From positions 1 through 53,979 of IMG/VR virus record IMGVR_UViG_3300032053_000102: 53,979 nt of DNA; one strand, given 5' to 3'. This document shows positions 19,707 through 29,308 of the stretch, in pieces. Numbering within the stretch: position 1 is the first letter of the stretch; every line of letters starts with the position of its first letter. Under the pieces are notes generated by a model. It was not told where the DNA came from. It saw only the letters and a program-made list of their open reading frames with translations, and made no database searches. Origin of the DNA: a virus (lineage: Duplodnaviria > Caudoviricetes). Position numbers and translations under genes: made by a program.

Positions 19707-20324
19707 CTATTGAATATTGAACCACTCAGGTGCATGTTGTATGATTTTTACTCCTGCTGTAGAGAAAAGCCAACGTGACCGTTCGTGATAATCTGGAACA
19801 TCAAGACAATAGACTCGAACAATTCCAGCTTGGATGATTGCATCGGCACATTGTAAACAGGGAACTCCGCACCAGCAGAACATATAGCAACCATAACAAT
19901 TTTGTGCTGCATTGGTAATGGCATGTCGTTCTGCATGACCACAGGAGCAAAGTTCAGATCGTTGTCCTGATTTTGCACCTACTATGCGTCTTGGACATAT
20001 AGATTTACCTTGATACTTTAGAATAAATAATTCACATAAAGAACTATCACTTACACCAGTTTGTAATTCTTTAGTTGATAACAATGATAATTTAAGACTT
20101 GATTTTTCATCATCAGTTAATTGTGGCCAGAAGTATTCTCTCAAAAATTCCAGTGATTCGGGATGTGGTGTACCTGATGGTGGTCCATTATAACCTGTAC
20201 CAATAATTCGATTTGCCATAGGTTCAACAATGATAGCACCAATATGTCGTGAATGGCAAGGATTTTGATCTTCTCCAATTAACCTTGCAACTCGCATCCA
20301 TTTTTTAACGAATTTATCTTTCAT
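19707..20324 (-). CDS. dCMP deaminase
   Basis: 'TGYNG', 'HAE', 'PCLQC'; probable start MKDKF at 20324 overlapping the upstream stop. Confidence 0.85.
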   Translation of the reverse strand: MKDKFVKKWMRVARLIGEDQNPCHSRHIGAIIVEPMANRIIGTGYNGPPSGTPHPESLEFLREYFWPQLTDDEKSSLKLSLLSTKELQTGVSDSSLCELFILKYQGKSICPRRIVGAKSGQRSELCSCGHAERHAITNAAQNCYGCYMFCWCGVPCLQCADAIIQAGIVRVYCLDVPDYHERSRWLFSTAGVKIIQHAPEWFNIQ

Positions 20325-20932
20325 AGAATTCCAATTCTCATTCTGAGCATCTCTCGGTAACAGGCAGCAGTTAAAGCACAATCGTAGACTGCATCGTGAC
20401 AAAAATCAGCTTCAAATGGAACTTTTAAGCAACGAGCTACATATTGTAGATTTACTTTTGGGAATGGATACTGTTCTGTTTCAACGTCAGCTTTGTCATC
20501 CCAAAAGAGGGCACAACACATAGTATCACGATAGCGACCGTCGAAGTGATAATTGAAATTTTCAAAACCAAGCCACTCTGTAATAAAGGCACTATCAAAA
20601 GCCCAATTATGAGCTAGAGGCATGATACGTTTGCCTTCGGGCAAATGTAATTGTAAAAACCATTCGTTAAAGAGATCGGCCGCGACGTAAGGATCAATAC
20701 CAGTTAGAACAAGATTAGCTAATTTTAATTTATTGATATGCAAAGCATCTATATCTATATCTTCTAATCTAGCAGGTGCTATCTTTAAATCAAAGGGGTG
20801 TAATACTTTTGATGGTTTGCAATCCGAATCGAGTGGCATTACACAAATTTGAATGATGTCGTGTATACCAACTCTCAATCCTGTAGTTTCAACATCAACT
20901 GCACAGAGTAGGTGGCCGTTTAAATGCCTCAT
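20321..20932 (-). CDS. DEDDh 3'-5' exonuclease (DnaQ/RNase T-like)
   Basis: 'VDVETTGL', 'AHNWAFD', 'HDAVYD'. Confidence 0.85.
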   Translation of the reverse strand: MRHLNGHLLCAVDVETTGLRVGIHDIIQICVMPLDSDCKPSKVLHPFDLKIAPARLEDIDIDALHINKLKLANLVLTGIDPYVAADLFNEWFLQLHLPEGKRIMPLAHNWAFDSAFITEWLGFENFNYHFDGRYRDTMCCALFWDDKADVETEQYPFPKVNLQYVARCLKVPFEADFCHDAVYDCALTAACYREMLRMRIGIL

Positions 20933-21816
20933 GATTTAGATTCCTTAATCCAAAGACACTCTGTAGTTCGATGTTGTTGGCATAATACATCTTCAAATCC
21001 TTTATCTTTATGATGATTCTCAGATGTAAAAGCTTGAACTCTGGTTGATGTCCAGGATTCCCATTCATAACGCTGATCCCAAGGAAATGATTCATATAGA
21101 GTAGAAGGGAAACCAGAAAGTGCAACAAAACCAGATAAACCGAAGATTGCTGTTAATAGATTCTTATGATCTTGTTCATTGAATGTATGTGCATAGGAAC
21201 CATGATCAGTGTGCATATATGGTGGATCACAGTAAAATACTGCATCAGAATCATCAAAGTCACGAAAACATTGTGTCCAATCAAGATTCTCTACTATAAT
21301 GTGCTTAAAGCGTTCATGTACAGGCCAAAAAGATTGTAATGTACTTGTGATATTGGGACTAAATGCTGCTTTGGTTGCTCTCGCAAATGCATCACCTTTA
21401 TTGATAACTGAAACATCTATCATGTAAAACCAGCGTGCTGCACGTTCCACATCATCTTGGCAATTAGGCCAAGTTTCTTTGCACCAAAGAAATTCTTCCC
21501 TTGAATGAACGGTAAGTTGCAGACGTTCGATAAGTCTAGCAACTAATGTCGGATCTCTTAATACACGATAGAAAGCAACAACACCCGAATAACGATCATT
21601 ATAGACTTCAAGAGGTGAAGGTTGACGATTGATTGTAACAACACCGGACCCACCAAAGACATCAATCCATTTTTTACGATACGGTAAATGTGGTAGTATT
21701 TCTGAAAGTGATCTACTCTTTCCGCCGGGATAACCAAATGGTGCTCGTTGATAAGTATTTCGTTTTTCTGTTGCGTCATTCAAACTATTGAACATAGCCA
21801 AGAGATCAGAACTCAT
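20929..21816 (-). CDS. D12-class (Dam-like) N6-adenine DNA methyltransferase
   Basis: 'YPGGKS', 'DVFGGSG', 'YND', 'YCDPPY'. Confidence 0.9.
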   Translation of the reverse strand: MSSDLLAMFNSLNDATEKRNTYQRAPFGYPGGKSRSLSEILPHLPYRKKWIDVFGGSGVVTINRQPSPLEVYNDRYSGVVAFYRVLRDPTLVARLIERLQLTVHSREEFLWCKETWPNCQDDVERAARWFYMIDVSVINKGDAFARATKAAFSPNITSTLQSFWPVHERFKHIIVENLDWTQCFRDFDDSDAVFYCDPPYMHTDHGSYAHTFNEQDHKNLLTAIFGLSGFVALSGFPSTLYESFPWDQRYEWESWTSTRVQAFTSENHHKDKGFEDVLCQQHRTTECLWIKESKS

Positions 21817-22224
21817 TTATTTACCTCTCACAAGTAAGGCACCTAGATTCGTTGGCTCTAAAAATGGTGGTATATCATACAAACTCTCCGGTAACAAACC
21901 TTCTTCAATCCTTTTAATCGTATCTAAGCAACATAATAGATTCCAACATGCCGCTTCAAGATGTGGTTCATCCCGCATACCCATTAAAAATTGACAAATA
22001 TGTCGGAGACCAGAGTCTATGAAACTATGCAATGGAATACCTTTTTCCCAATTACGATCTTCATATTTTCTAGCACCTTCTTCAAAGTGTCTTGATAATG
22101 CAATCAAAGCACGACATGGTAATAAATCCATGCGACCTTTATCTAATTGAATATCACGTTGACCACCGGTTTCAAATACTCGTCTTTCACCCGAATCCTT
22201 GATTTCTGGCTTTAGCATTATCAT
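21817..22224 (-). CDS. DUF5664 (dATP/dGTP diphosphohydrolase N-terminal-like) protein
   Basis: 'KGRMDLLP...GARKYEDRNWEKGIP...RH...PHLEAACWN'. Confidence 0.8.
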   Translation of the reverse strand: MIMLKPEIKDSGERRVFETGGQRDIQLDKGRMDLLPCRALIALSRHFEEGARKYEDRNWEKGIPLHSFIDSGLRHICQFLMGMRDEPHLEAACWNLLCCLDTIKRIEEGLLPESLYDIPPFLEPTNLGALLVRGK

Positions 22225-22480
22225 AGGCTTCCGTTACTTCTTGTGTGGTATGACCTGTACGATGTACGATATACGCAAGGACGGTAAAAGCATCTAAATC
22301 AGGATTCTCTTTTAATTGATGTGTTACCATCGAGTAAATTATATTTTCAAATTCCTCAATAGTCATTTTTACTTTCTTATATTGATAATATCCGCATTTT
22401 CTACATTTAGCGACTACACTAGGATCATCACTTCTAATTTGATGTAATGTCGGTTGGTTGCATTGTGGACATTTAGCCAT
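22187..22480 (-). CDS. zinc-ribbon hypothetical protein
   Basis: CPQC...CRKCG. Confidence 0.55.
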   Translation of the reverse strand: MAKCPQCNQPTLHQIRSDDPSVVAKCRKCGYYQYKKVKMTIEEFENIIYSMVTHQLKENPDLDAFTVLAYIVHRTGHTTQEVTEAYDNAKARNQGFG

Positions 22481-22697
22481 TATTACATACCACTGAATCT
22501 ATTACTTTACCATTTTCAATCAATTCTACTTTATATTGAGTCTGTAAGTTTGACCTATCGAAGAACAAATTGGGATCGTCACGTATAGAATCTAAGTCAA
22601 CTAATAATATGGCATGTGGATCATTAACAGGATAATTTTCAGGATTAATTTCGGTCTCAAATGTCTGTATACGAGTGTATCTAAATCTCATGAACAA
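22473..22697 (-). CDS. hypothetical protein
   Basis: Fills the operon and overlaps both neighbours. Confidence 0.5.
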   Translation of the reverse strand: MFMRFRYTRIQTFETEINPENYPVNDPHAILLVDLDSIRDDPNLFFDRSNLQTQYKVELIENGKVIDSVVCNNG

Positions 22698-25362
22698 GTT
22701 TGTCTCCTTTTAGTATGAGTTTGGTTTTGCTTGATGATTCATCTACGAAACTTATGTTACCAAACATCCATTGTGCATTGTGTAGACTTCTACCTTTTGG
22801 GAACTTAGTTGGCATAGATCGACCTACTTTAATTTTACTCCAATCATAACGATCATTAGGTTCCAACCATTTAACAAACTCGTCATAAAAATCAGAAAAA
22901 TAGATGCTTTCACCTTCTACATAGAAACATTTTTCAGTAATAAATGTTTCCAATAGTGTTTGATTAGCTTGAGTTGCACTTGTCTTGTCAGAAGTTTCTA
23001 AAACTGGTACATTGAGACGATCATTTGATTTTGGTAATTCTAATCTAAGAATCTCCGCCAAAAAATCAGGTGCTTCTTTTTCGAGAAGGGCAAAGATTTC
23101 TCGTTTGGGTATTTGTTCTTTTAATTCATCAACAAATACCATAGTTATTCTTGTATCACCTGGAAACACTGGACAAGCTGATCTATCATTGGCACTTTGG
23201 CACCAATGACTTGTGTTATTAACTGAATAAAGATTAAGGAATAATTTACGAATAGGCAATTGTATAGATGTCACCCAATCTTTGATTCGATTGTATGCTT
23301 GTTTGTTATGCTTGAGATCGGTTTCTTCGACAATACAAAGTATTGCATTTTCGAGTTCTGCGTTGAAACCAGAATTACTGGTTAATGCGTGATCTGCTCT
23401 GACACAACCATTAGTGACTAAGAGACTAAGTGCTTCGTGAAAAATTGATTTACCACTTCCTTGTGGACCGTAAAGGAACAAGTAAGGAAGTGGCTCATTA
23501 GGATGTTGGAATAATGAAGCGATCCAACATTTAAGATAATCGGCACCAGTAGTTAATCCATTAAGTTGTGCCCATTTATTTTCTGCAATTGATTGATCAA
23601 GAGAAGTACCAATATGATTCAAAATCTTTAGCCATGTTGGATAACTTAATGTATCTTTTGATGTATTAGGTACAAATCTAAATTGTGATGTATTTCTGTT
23701 CCATTGACGATTACCTGGGTACTCTGGTTGAAAGGGTTTATTAACCAACTTCCAAGGTTTGAAAACACAACCACCAATTATTGCTTTGATTTCTCCTGTT
23801 TTAATGCCCAATGATTCTAAAGCTGTTTTTACATGGGTCAATGGTTCATCGTGCCATGCTTCATCAGATTTGATTACCCATCCGCAATCGGTATCATCAT
23901 TTGCGATTAGATGGCGAATTAAATCATCGTAACTATCAACATCGGGTTCTGCCGTTGCAGTTTTTTGCGTATTCAAGATTCTACGCCATTTATTTCCAGT
24001 AACAGGCAACCATTCTTTTAAATCATCTTGTGAGTCGTGTGGTTCACGCTCTAATTCAACTATAAGACGTTTTCCGTCTTTATGTTGTTTTATGATCGTC
24101 TTACGACCTTGGTACTTTGCCGGAACATTGATGTCTGCACCAAGAGAAAGAACTGCGGCTTGTGCCTCACTAGCATAGCGAAATACAAATTTACAACCAT
24201 CATCCTCAAGACCTTCATTTGCTCTAGCTGCGATGCGTAAATCAGGTTCTTGATTCAAGTAACAACGAGTCCAACCATTATTATCCTGGTCCCAAGAATT
24301 ATCTTCTGTGATTCCTGGTGTAAATCGTCTTACAACCCAAGCACCACGTCTAAGAGGAAACATATACGAATTGTAATCACTTCCATGCTCTCTACCAGTT
24401 GATACTGTCTTAAAGATGCCACGCATACCCAATGATTCGTGTGCTTGCATCAAATCCCAAGTATGTGTTACAAGCATATAATGATCTTGCGACCACCAGA
24501 ATGATGCACCGGAATCATCTAAGAATTTGATGAGTGCTTGATGTTCAGCATCTAATTTAACTCGCGTTCTTTGTCCGGCTATTTCTTCAAATTTCAACTC
24601 TTTTGATTCTTCAATAAATGATGGCAGAATCTTCCTTCTTTTACCAGAAATCACAGAGATATGATCTCGCCAATTTACAGGTACTTCATTTAACAGAGTG
24701 CCTGATTTAATGATCTCTAATCCATTAGTCCCAGACATCTTACGATGCCATACCCACATATTGCCGCCGCAAACATCAACACGACTAGCAAAGTCAAAAT
24801 TGGCAGTAGCAGCCATAAAACCAAGAATAGAACGAGCAAGAGCAGCATGTTCATTATGATTAATGGTATGCACAGGATCAAGTAAAACGTAAAAGTGCAA
24901 ACCTTTGCCACTTGTCGAACGACGTATCGTAATCCACGGTATAGAAAATGCAGCATCTTGAATCTCCTCTAATTGTTCTTTTGTTAATTTATTTGGATTC
25001 TTATCTGAGTGACCAGTTATTGCATCAAAATCAAAAGCTACCCATTTTGATACCTTATTCTTCCAATCCCAACCTGTCATACCTATACCTTCGGCATGAC
25101 CGGAAAGATCAAATGATATAACACGATCTTCATATTCTGGATTACTATTTGCATGATAAGGTATGCGAAATGATTTCCAAATCTGAATACCATCCGTCCA
25201 ACCGTGCCATTGTCGGCCATGATAATCACCCTCGATACGCTCACCATTATCTTGTGCAACATTAACCTGACATTCCATTTCTAAATTATACAATGATGCT
25301 AAATCAGGTAGTGTCTTAGCATTGAGAAATGATTTAATAGCCTGTGTTTTTGTTACATCAAT
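22681..25362 (-). CDS. primase-helicase (AEP-like N-terminus, SF3/D5-type ATPase); start probably ATT 25362, alternatively TTG 25293
   Basis: 'FDFD' and 'STSGKGLHFY' AEP motifs; Walker A GPQGSGKS, Walker B 'CIVEE', 'GDTRI'. Confidence 0.8.
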   Translation of the reverse strand: MDVTKTQAIKSFLNAKTLPDLASLYNLEMECQVNVAQDNGERIEGDYHGRQWHGWTDGIQIWKSFRIPYHANSNPEYEDRVISFDLSGHAEGIGMTGWDWKNKVSKWVAFDFDAITGHSDKNPNKLTKEQLEEIQDAAFSIPWITIRRSTSGKGLHFYVLLDPVHTINHNEHAALARSILGFMAATANFDFASRVDVCGGNMWVWHRKMSGTNGLEIIKSGTLLNEVPVNWRDHISVISGKRRKILPSFIEESKELKFEEIAGQRTRVKLDAEHQALIKFLDDSGASFWWSQDHYMLVTHTWDLMQAHESLGMRGIFKTVSTGREHGSDYNSYMFPLRRGAWVVRRFTPGITEDNSWDQDNNGWTRCYLNQEPDLRIAARANEGLEDDGCKFVFRYASEAQAAVLSLGADINVPAKYQGRKTIIKQHKDGKRLIVELEREPHDSQDDLKEWLPVTGNKWRRILNTQKTATAEPDVDSYDDLIRHLIANDDTDCGWVIKSDEAWHDEPLTHVKTALESLGIKTGEIKAIIGGCVFKPWKLVNKPFQPEYPGNRQWNRNTSQFRFVPNTSKDTLSYPTWLKILNHIGTSLDQSIAENKWAQLNGLTTGADYLKCWIASLFQHPNEPLPYLFLYGPQGSGKSIFHEALSLLVTNGCVRADHALTSNSGFNAELENAILCIVEETDLKHNKQAYNRIKDWVTSIQLPIRKLFLNLYSVNNTSHWCQSANDRSACPVFPGDTRITMVFVDELKEQIPKREIFALLEKEAPDFLAEILRLELPKSNDRLNVPVLETSDKTSATQANQTLLETFITEKCFYVEGESIYFSDFYDEFVKWLEPNDRYDWSKIKVGRSMPTKFPKGRSLHNAQWMFGNISFVDESSSKTKLILKGDKLVHEI

Positions 25363-25371
25363 CTGTCAGTT

Positions 25372-25731
25372 CTCCTTTTGATGTGACATCAATCGTGTCT
25401 CAAATCAAATCATTTTTGGGAAATAATAAATAGCTCAATTCCCGTCTATTATGTTGCCATTGTCCATTATTTTGTAATTACGGGTTTCCTGGTTTCACTG
25501 CTCTCCCTATTCCCTCTATATATACACTACTACTACTACTACTACTACATTAGGAGATATTACACCAAACAGTAAGTAGAGATTCCAGTTCTCAAATCAA
25601 ATCAATTTCAGAGATCAATGGGTGCAAAATAATCGGGAATGACAACATACTATAGCCTACAGGGAACCTCTTATTGCATCTAAAATTGATTTGATTCGAG
25701 GTTCTGATTTCACATCACCGTTACAGGAGTC
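25372..25731. promoter_or_regulatory. divergent promoter/operator region with an inverted duplicated module
   Basis: CAAAATAAT-N4-AATGRCAACATAMTA at 25625-25652 (+) and 25474-25447 (-); AATCAAATCAWTT boxes; SDs at both ends. Confidence 0.7.
25526..25548 (+). repeat. (ACT)7 microsatellite in a G-free tract
   Basis: Direct reading of the sequence. Confidence 0.95.
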
Positions 25732-25737
25732 ATCCGA

Positions 25738-26721
25738 ATGACCGAGATTGTGCCTGAAGATCGTGTTCCTTTTGTTGTTGGTGTCATCAATATCGCTTTG
25801 ATTCGTGAATCAGAAGTTGCATTACGAGCTGTTAATCGTACATCTGAAAAATATTTGATGTTAGTGGAATCAATCCGCCGTCAAGGTGTTTTGAATCCTG
25901 TCGTTGTTCGCGAGGTTAAAGACCCCAGTAGTGGCAAGATTGTCTACGGATTGGTTGATGGTTTGCATAGATTCACGGCTGCCAAGGATGCTGGCTTGCT
26001 TGAGATTCCCGCCCGTGTTACAACTCTTGATGATCGTGAATTACTTGAAGCTCAAATCATTGCGAACATCCATAAGATTGAAACGAAACCAGTCGAGTAC
26101 ACCAAGCAGATGATGCGTATTCTTGCCGGTAATCCTCTTATGACCAAGCGTGAGTTAGCTGGTCGCTTGGCTCAAACTGAACCTTGGATTAGTCAGCGGT
26201 TGAATCTGTTGAAACTTGATCCGAAAATCCAAGAGTTGGTTGATGCAGAGAAGGTTGTTCTCTCTAATGCGTATGCTTTGGCGAAGTTGCCACTTGAGGA
26301 ACAAATTGATTTTGTTGATCGTGCCATGACGGACACCCCGCAGGTGTTTGTTCCTTCCATCTATAATCGTGTCAAGGAGATTAAGGACGCGAAGTCGAAG
26401 GGTAAGGACGCTTCTCCGGCTGAGTTCACGCCGACGATTCATTTGCAGAAGTTAAGTGATGTCAAGAAGATGTATGAGACTCCTGGTGAGATGCCAGGAA
26501 TGATTTGCAAGGCGCAAAATGCCAGCACAAATATTGAAGGTTTCATGGCCGCCATCACTTGGTGCTTGCATCTGGATGATCTGAGCATCAGGAGTGCAAA
26601 GGTTGATTATGAGGCACGCAAGACAAAGCGTGAGGAGGAAGTTGCTCGTCGAAAGGCTGAACGTGAGGAGAAAAAGCGTAACGAAGCGGCTGCTAAGGCT
26701 GCTGACATTTCTCAACTCTAA
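25738..26721 (+). CDS. parB: ParB/Spo0J-like protein (ParBc + HTH + coiled coil)
   Basis: 'SIRRQGVLNPVVV', 'DGLHRFTA', 'ANIHK', HTH 'KRELAGRLAQTEPWISQRLNLLKL'. Confidence 0.85.
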   Translation: MTEIVPEDRVPFVVGVINIALIRESEVALRAVNRTSEKYLMLVESIRRQGVLNPVVVREVKDPSSGKIVYGLVDGLHRFTAAKDAGLLEIPARVTTLDDRELLEAQIIANIHKIETKPVEYTKQMMRILAGNPLMTKRELAGRLAQTEPWISQRLNLLKLDPKIQELVDAEKVVLSNAYALAKLPLEEQIDFVDRAMTDTPQVFVPSIYNRVKEIKDAKSKGKDASPAEFTPTIHLQKLSDVKKMYETPGEMPGMICKAQNASTNIEGFMAAITWCLHLDDLSIRSAKVDYEARKTKREEEVARRKAEREEKKRNEAAAKAADISQL

Positions 26722-26731
26722 GAGGTAACAT

Positions 26732-27385
26732 TTGAGTAACGAACTAGCAACACTTCAAGAACTTCCATTAGTTGAAGGTAAATACTCAACACCACAAGCA
26801 CTTACGACACTTACAAGTGCAGCATACTTGCCGCGTATCCAAGTGATGGGTGGCAATAATGATATTGTAAAAGAAGGTAAGTTTCCCATTGGTCATTTTG
26901 CTTTGGTCACTGGCAAGTCAATGGATGATTTGACAGCAGAATTTAATGCTGTCATTTTGTCATGGCGTCCGAAAGCCATGCAGTTCCAACCAGATGTTGT
27001 ATCATACTATGATCCAAATTCCGAAGGATTCAAAAAGCTTCAAGAACGGGCTGATAGTGAACCTCAATCAGGTTGTGGTTATGGACCAGAGTATCTACTT
27101 TGGTTGCCTGATTATGAGAAGTTTGCAACTTTATTTTGTTCAAACAAGACAACTCGTAATGAAGCTCCAAATATTCATACATTCATGCGTAAAGCGTGTA
27201 CTTTTATAATTGAATTAATCAAGAGTAAAAAATATACGTGGCATGGCTTGCGTGTTGGTAAGTGTGATTTGGAAGTCAAGTTATCCCCTCAGGAAGTAAT
27301 GATGGGAATTGTCGATAAATTTAATAGTCCTCCTGAAACTGAAACTGAAATCGTAGAACCAGAATCAGAATCACGGGAGCGTTGA
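26732..27385 (+). CDS. probable ssDNA-binding protein
   Basis: 'LPRIQVM..GHF' pattern, aromatic beta-rich core, acidic tail; replication context. Confidence 0.45.
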   Translation: MSNELATLQELPLVEGKYSTPQALTTLTSAAYLPRIQVMGGNNDIVKEGKFPIGHFALVTGKSMDDLTAEFNAVILSWRPKAMQFQPDVVSYYDPNSEGFKKLQERADSEPQSGCGYGPEYLLWLPDYEKFATLFCSNKTTRNEAPNIHTFMRKACTFIIELIKSKKYTWHGLRVGKCDLEVKLSPQEVMMGIVDKFNSPPETETEIVEPESESRER

Positions 27386-27395
27386 ACTAAGCCAC

Positions 27396-27480
27396 TGGTG
27401 TATTGGCCTCAAAGGGTAAGAATATAAAGCCCTAATACACCACCGCCGGCAGACCGGGAATAATAGTCTGCCATCTTTTA
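27396..27480 (+). other. structured intergenic element (two stems; the second is terminator-like)
   Basis: TGGTGTATTG/TAATACACCA stem; GGCAGAC/GTCTGCC stem followed by ATCTTTT. Confidence 0.55.
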
Positions 27481-27498
27481 ACACAAAGGAGAGTGAAC

Positions 27499-27572
<74 letters not shown>

Positions 27573-27576
<4 letters not shown>

Positions 27577-28250
27577 TTATAGGTATTATCCATGTTTCTC
27601 GTCAACCTGATTACATAGGATTAAGTATCTCTAATTTATTGGAAGAGTTCCCAGGAGTCGAGATTCATGTTTTTGCAGAACCAGGAGGCGAATGGTTTGC
27701 AGGAATGAGTAAAGTAGTGGTCCATAAGAATGAAGTACTTTATGGTCCACTATTTAATTGGTTGCATGGTTTGGAAACACTATCTCGCACATCAACGGAA
27801 GATTGGATATTGATGTGCGAAGATGATATTCAATGGGGTAAAGATCAAGGTAAAATATTCCATGATTATTTGAAAGGATGTTCAAATCAAATAGGTATGG
27901 TTTCAGGTTATTGTTCAAAACCAAATGCCAATCCTAAAAAATTAGGTTTTGCAAATGCAAAGATTTCACCTTACGGTTGGTGTGGTGCTTTAGCAATAGC
28001 AATACCTAGACATTTAGTACCTATGATTCTTGCAAGTAAATTTATAATTGCAGAATGGAAAGGCAAACATCTTGATTATGTAGTAGGTAAAACCGTTCGA
28101 TGGATGGGTAAGGATATTATTGTGCATACACCTACATTAGTATATCATTTAGGTGCAACTACAAGTACACTACTACCATCAGGACACAAGAATCTTTTTG
28201 GCTATGTGAGACAGGCGTATGATAATCCCAATCAGTTACCCGGTCTTTAA
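27573..28250 (+). CDS. GT-A fold glycosyltransferase
   Basis: 'WILMCEDDI', 'GALAIAI', 'HLD', 'PTLVYHLG' (GT2/GT25-like pattern). Confidence 0.7.
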
Positions 28251-28716
28251 CGAAGCGGGGATTGTTAAAGTAGCCAAAGAGACTTTGGATAAGAGTATTA
28301 GTAGTACATTTGATGGACAGATCAAACCACTTGTATTACTATCTCGTTTTTTTAATGGTGATAATGAACTGCAAGGAGTAAGAGAAGCCGGAGCATTATT
28401 GCGACATTTATTTTATGGTTTTTTTATTATAGATACAAGCGATACAATAACAAAATTGATTGCAGAATCCAGTTGTTCTTTCAAAGTGATGGATACAATA
28501 CGAGTTGATATGCAAGTATTACTGATCACTGGCACAATGCAACAATGGTGTGAAAGTCTAATAAATTGTCTTAGTCCTTCTGTATCGTATGAAGTTAGAG
28601 TTGTAATGAATGAAATTATGAATTATTTTGATTCAATAGGATTGCAACATATCTTTGCTTATTATAGGAGACGGAAACTAACTGACACAACCTATGTACT
28701 AGAGGACAAACGATGA
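28219..28716 (+). CDS. degenerate ThyX-like protein
   Basis: Colinear resemblance to 34504..35175 ('LLITGTMQQW' vs 'IVVTANLREW'); lacks RHRx7S. Confidence 0.4.
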   Translation: MIIPISYPVFNEAGIVKVAKETLDKSISSTFDGQIKPLVLLSRFFNGDNELQGVREAGALLRHLFYGFFIIDTSDTITKLIAESSCSFKVMDTIRVDMQVLLITGTMQQWCESLINCLSPSVSYEVRVVMNEIMNYFDSIGLQHIFAYYRRRKLTDTTYVLEDKR

Positions 28717-28928
28717 AGATTCTGATTGTGACTTTTGCTTTGATTCTTTGTTCCACCATTTGCGACGCCCGCCCTATTCGTCGAACCGTGACTATTACAC
28801 GGACACCTTGTGCCAATGGTGTGTGTAATTTGGGTCGCAAGGTCGAGAAGAAGGTTGAAATCAAACGTCCGAATACAACGATTGAGAAGAAGATTACTGT
28901 AGATATTGAGGCACCGAAGCCTCTATGA
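28713..28928 (+). CDS. small exported protein
   Basis: Signal-peptide-like MKILIVTFALILCSTICDA; CANGVC motif. Confidence 0.6.
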   Translation: MKILIVTFALILCSTICDARPIRRTVTITRTPCANGVCNLGRKVEKKVEIKRPNTTIEKKITVDIEAPKPL

Positions 28929-29302
28929 ATTCAATCTTTTTAATCTTGATTCTTGTTTCTGCACAACCTGATTTATATCCTTGTGAGAAAGATATATTTG
29001 AAAGGGTCAACGCAGAACGAATAAGTAGAAAATTAATGCCATTGGTATTAGATCAAAGTCTCTTGCTTTCTGCTAGGAGTCATTGTACTTGGATGGTGAC
29101 ATCAAGACGAATGGTGCATTCTGGCGGACCAGTAGCCGAAAATATTGCTATGGGTTATCCAAATTCCGAACAGGCAATGCTCGGATGGATGCGTTCATCA
29201 GGCCATAGGGCGAACATATTGAATCCAAGATACAGGAGTATTGGTATTGCGGGATTTATGTCGTCCAATGGCACTTGCTACTGGTGTCAACAATTTAAGT
29301 GA
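28925..29302 (+). CDS. CAP/SCP domain protein with signal peptide
   Basis: 'VNAER', 'ARSH', 'AENIA', 'WMRSSGHRANIL', 'YWCQQF'. Confidence 0.9.
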   Translation: MNSIFLILILVSAQPDLYPCEKDIFERVNAERISRKLMPLVLDQSLLLSARSHCTWMVTSRRMVHSGGPVAENIAMGYPNSEQAMLGWMRSSGHRANILNPRYRSIGIAGFMSSNGTCYWCQQFK

Positions 29303-29308
29303 ATCCAT

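Noticed and set aside
21817-22224. 2-aminoadenine (Z) genome suggested by DUF5664 plus PolA
   Set aside because: No PurZ or DatZ in the window, and an adenine MTase is present; DUF5664 is widespread in ordinary phages
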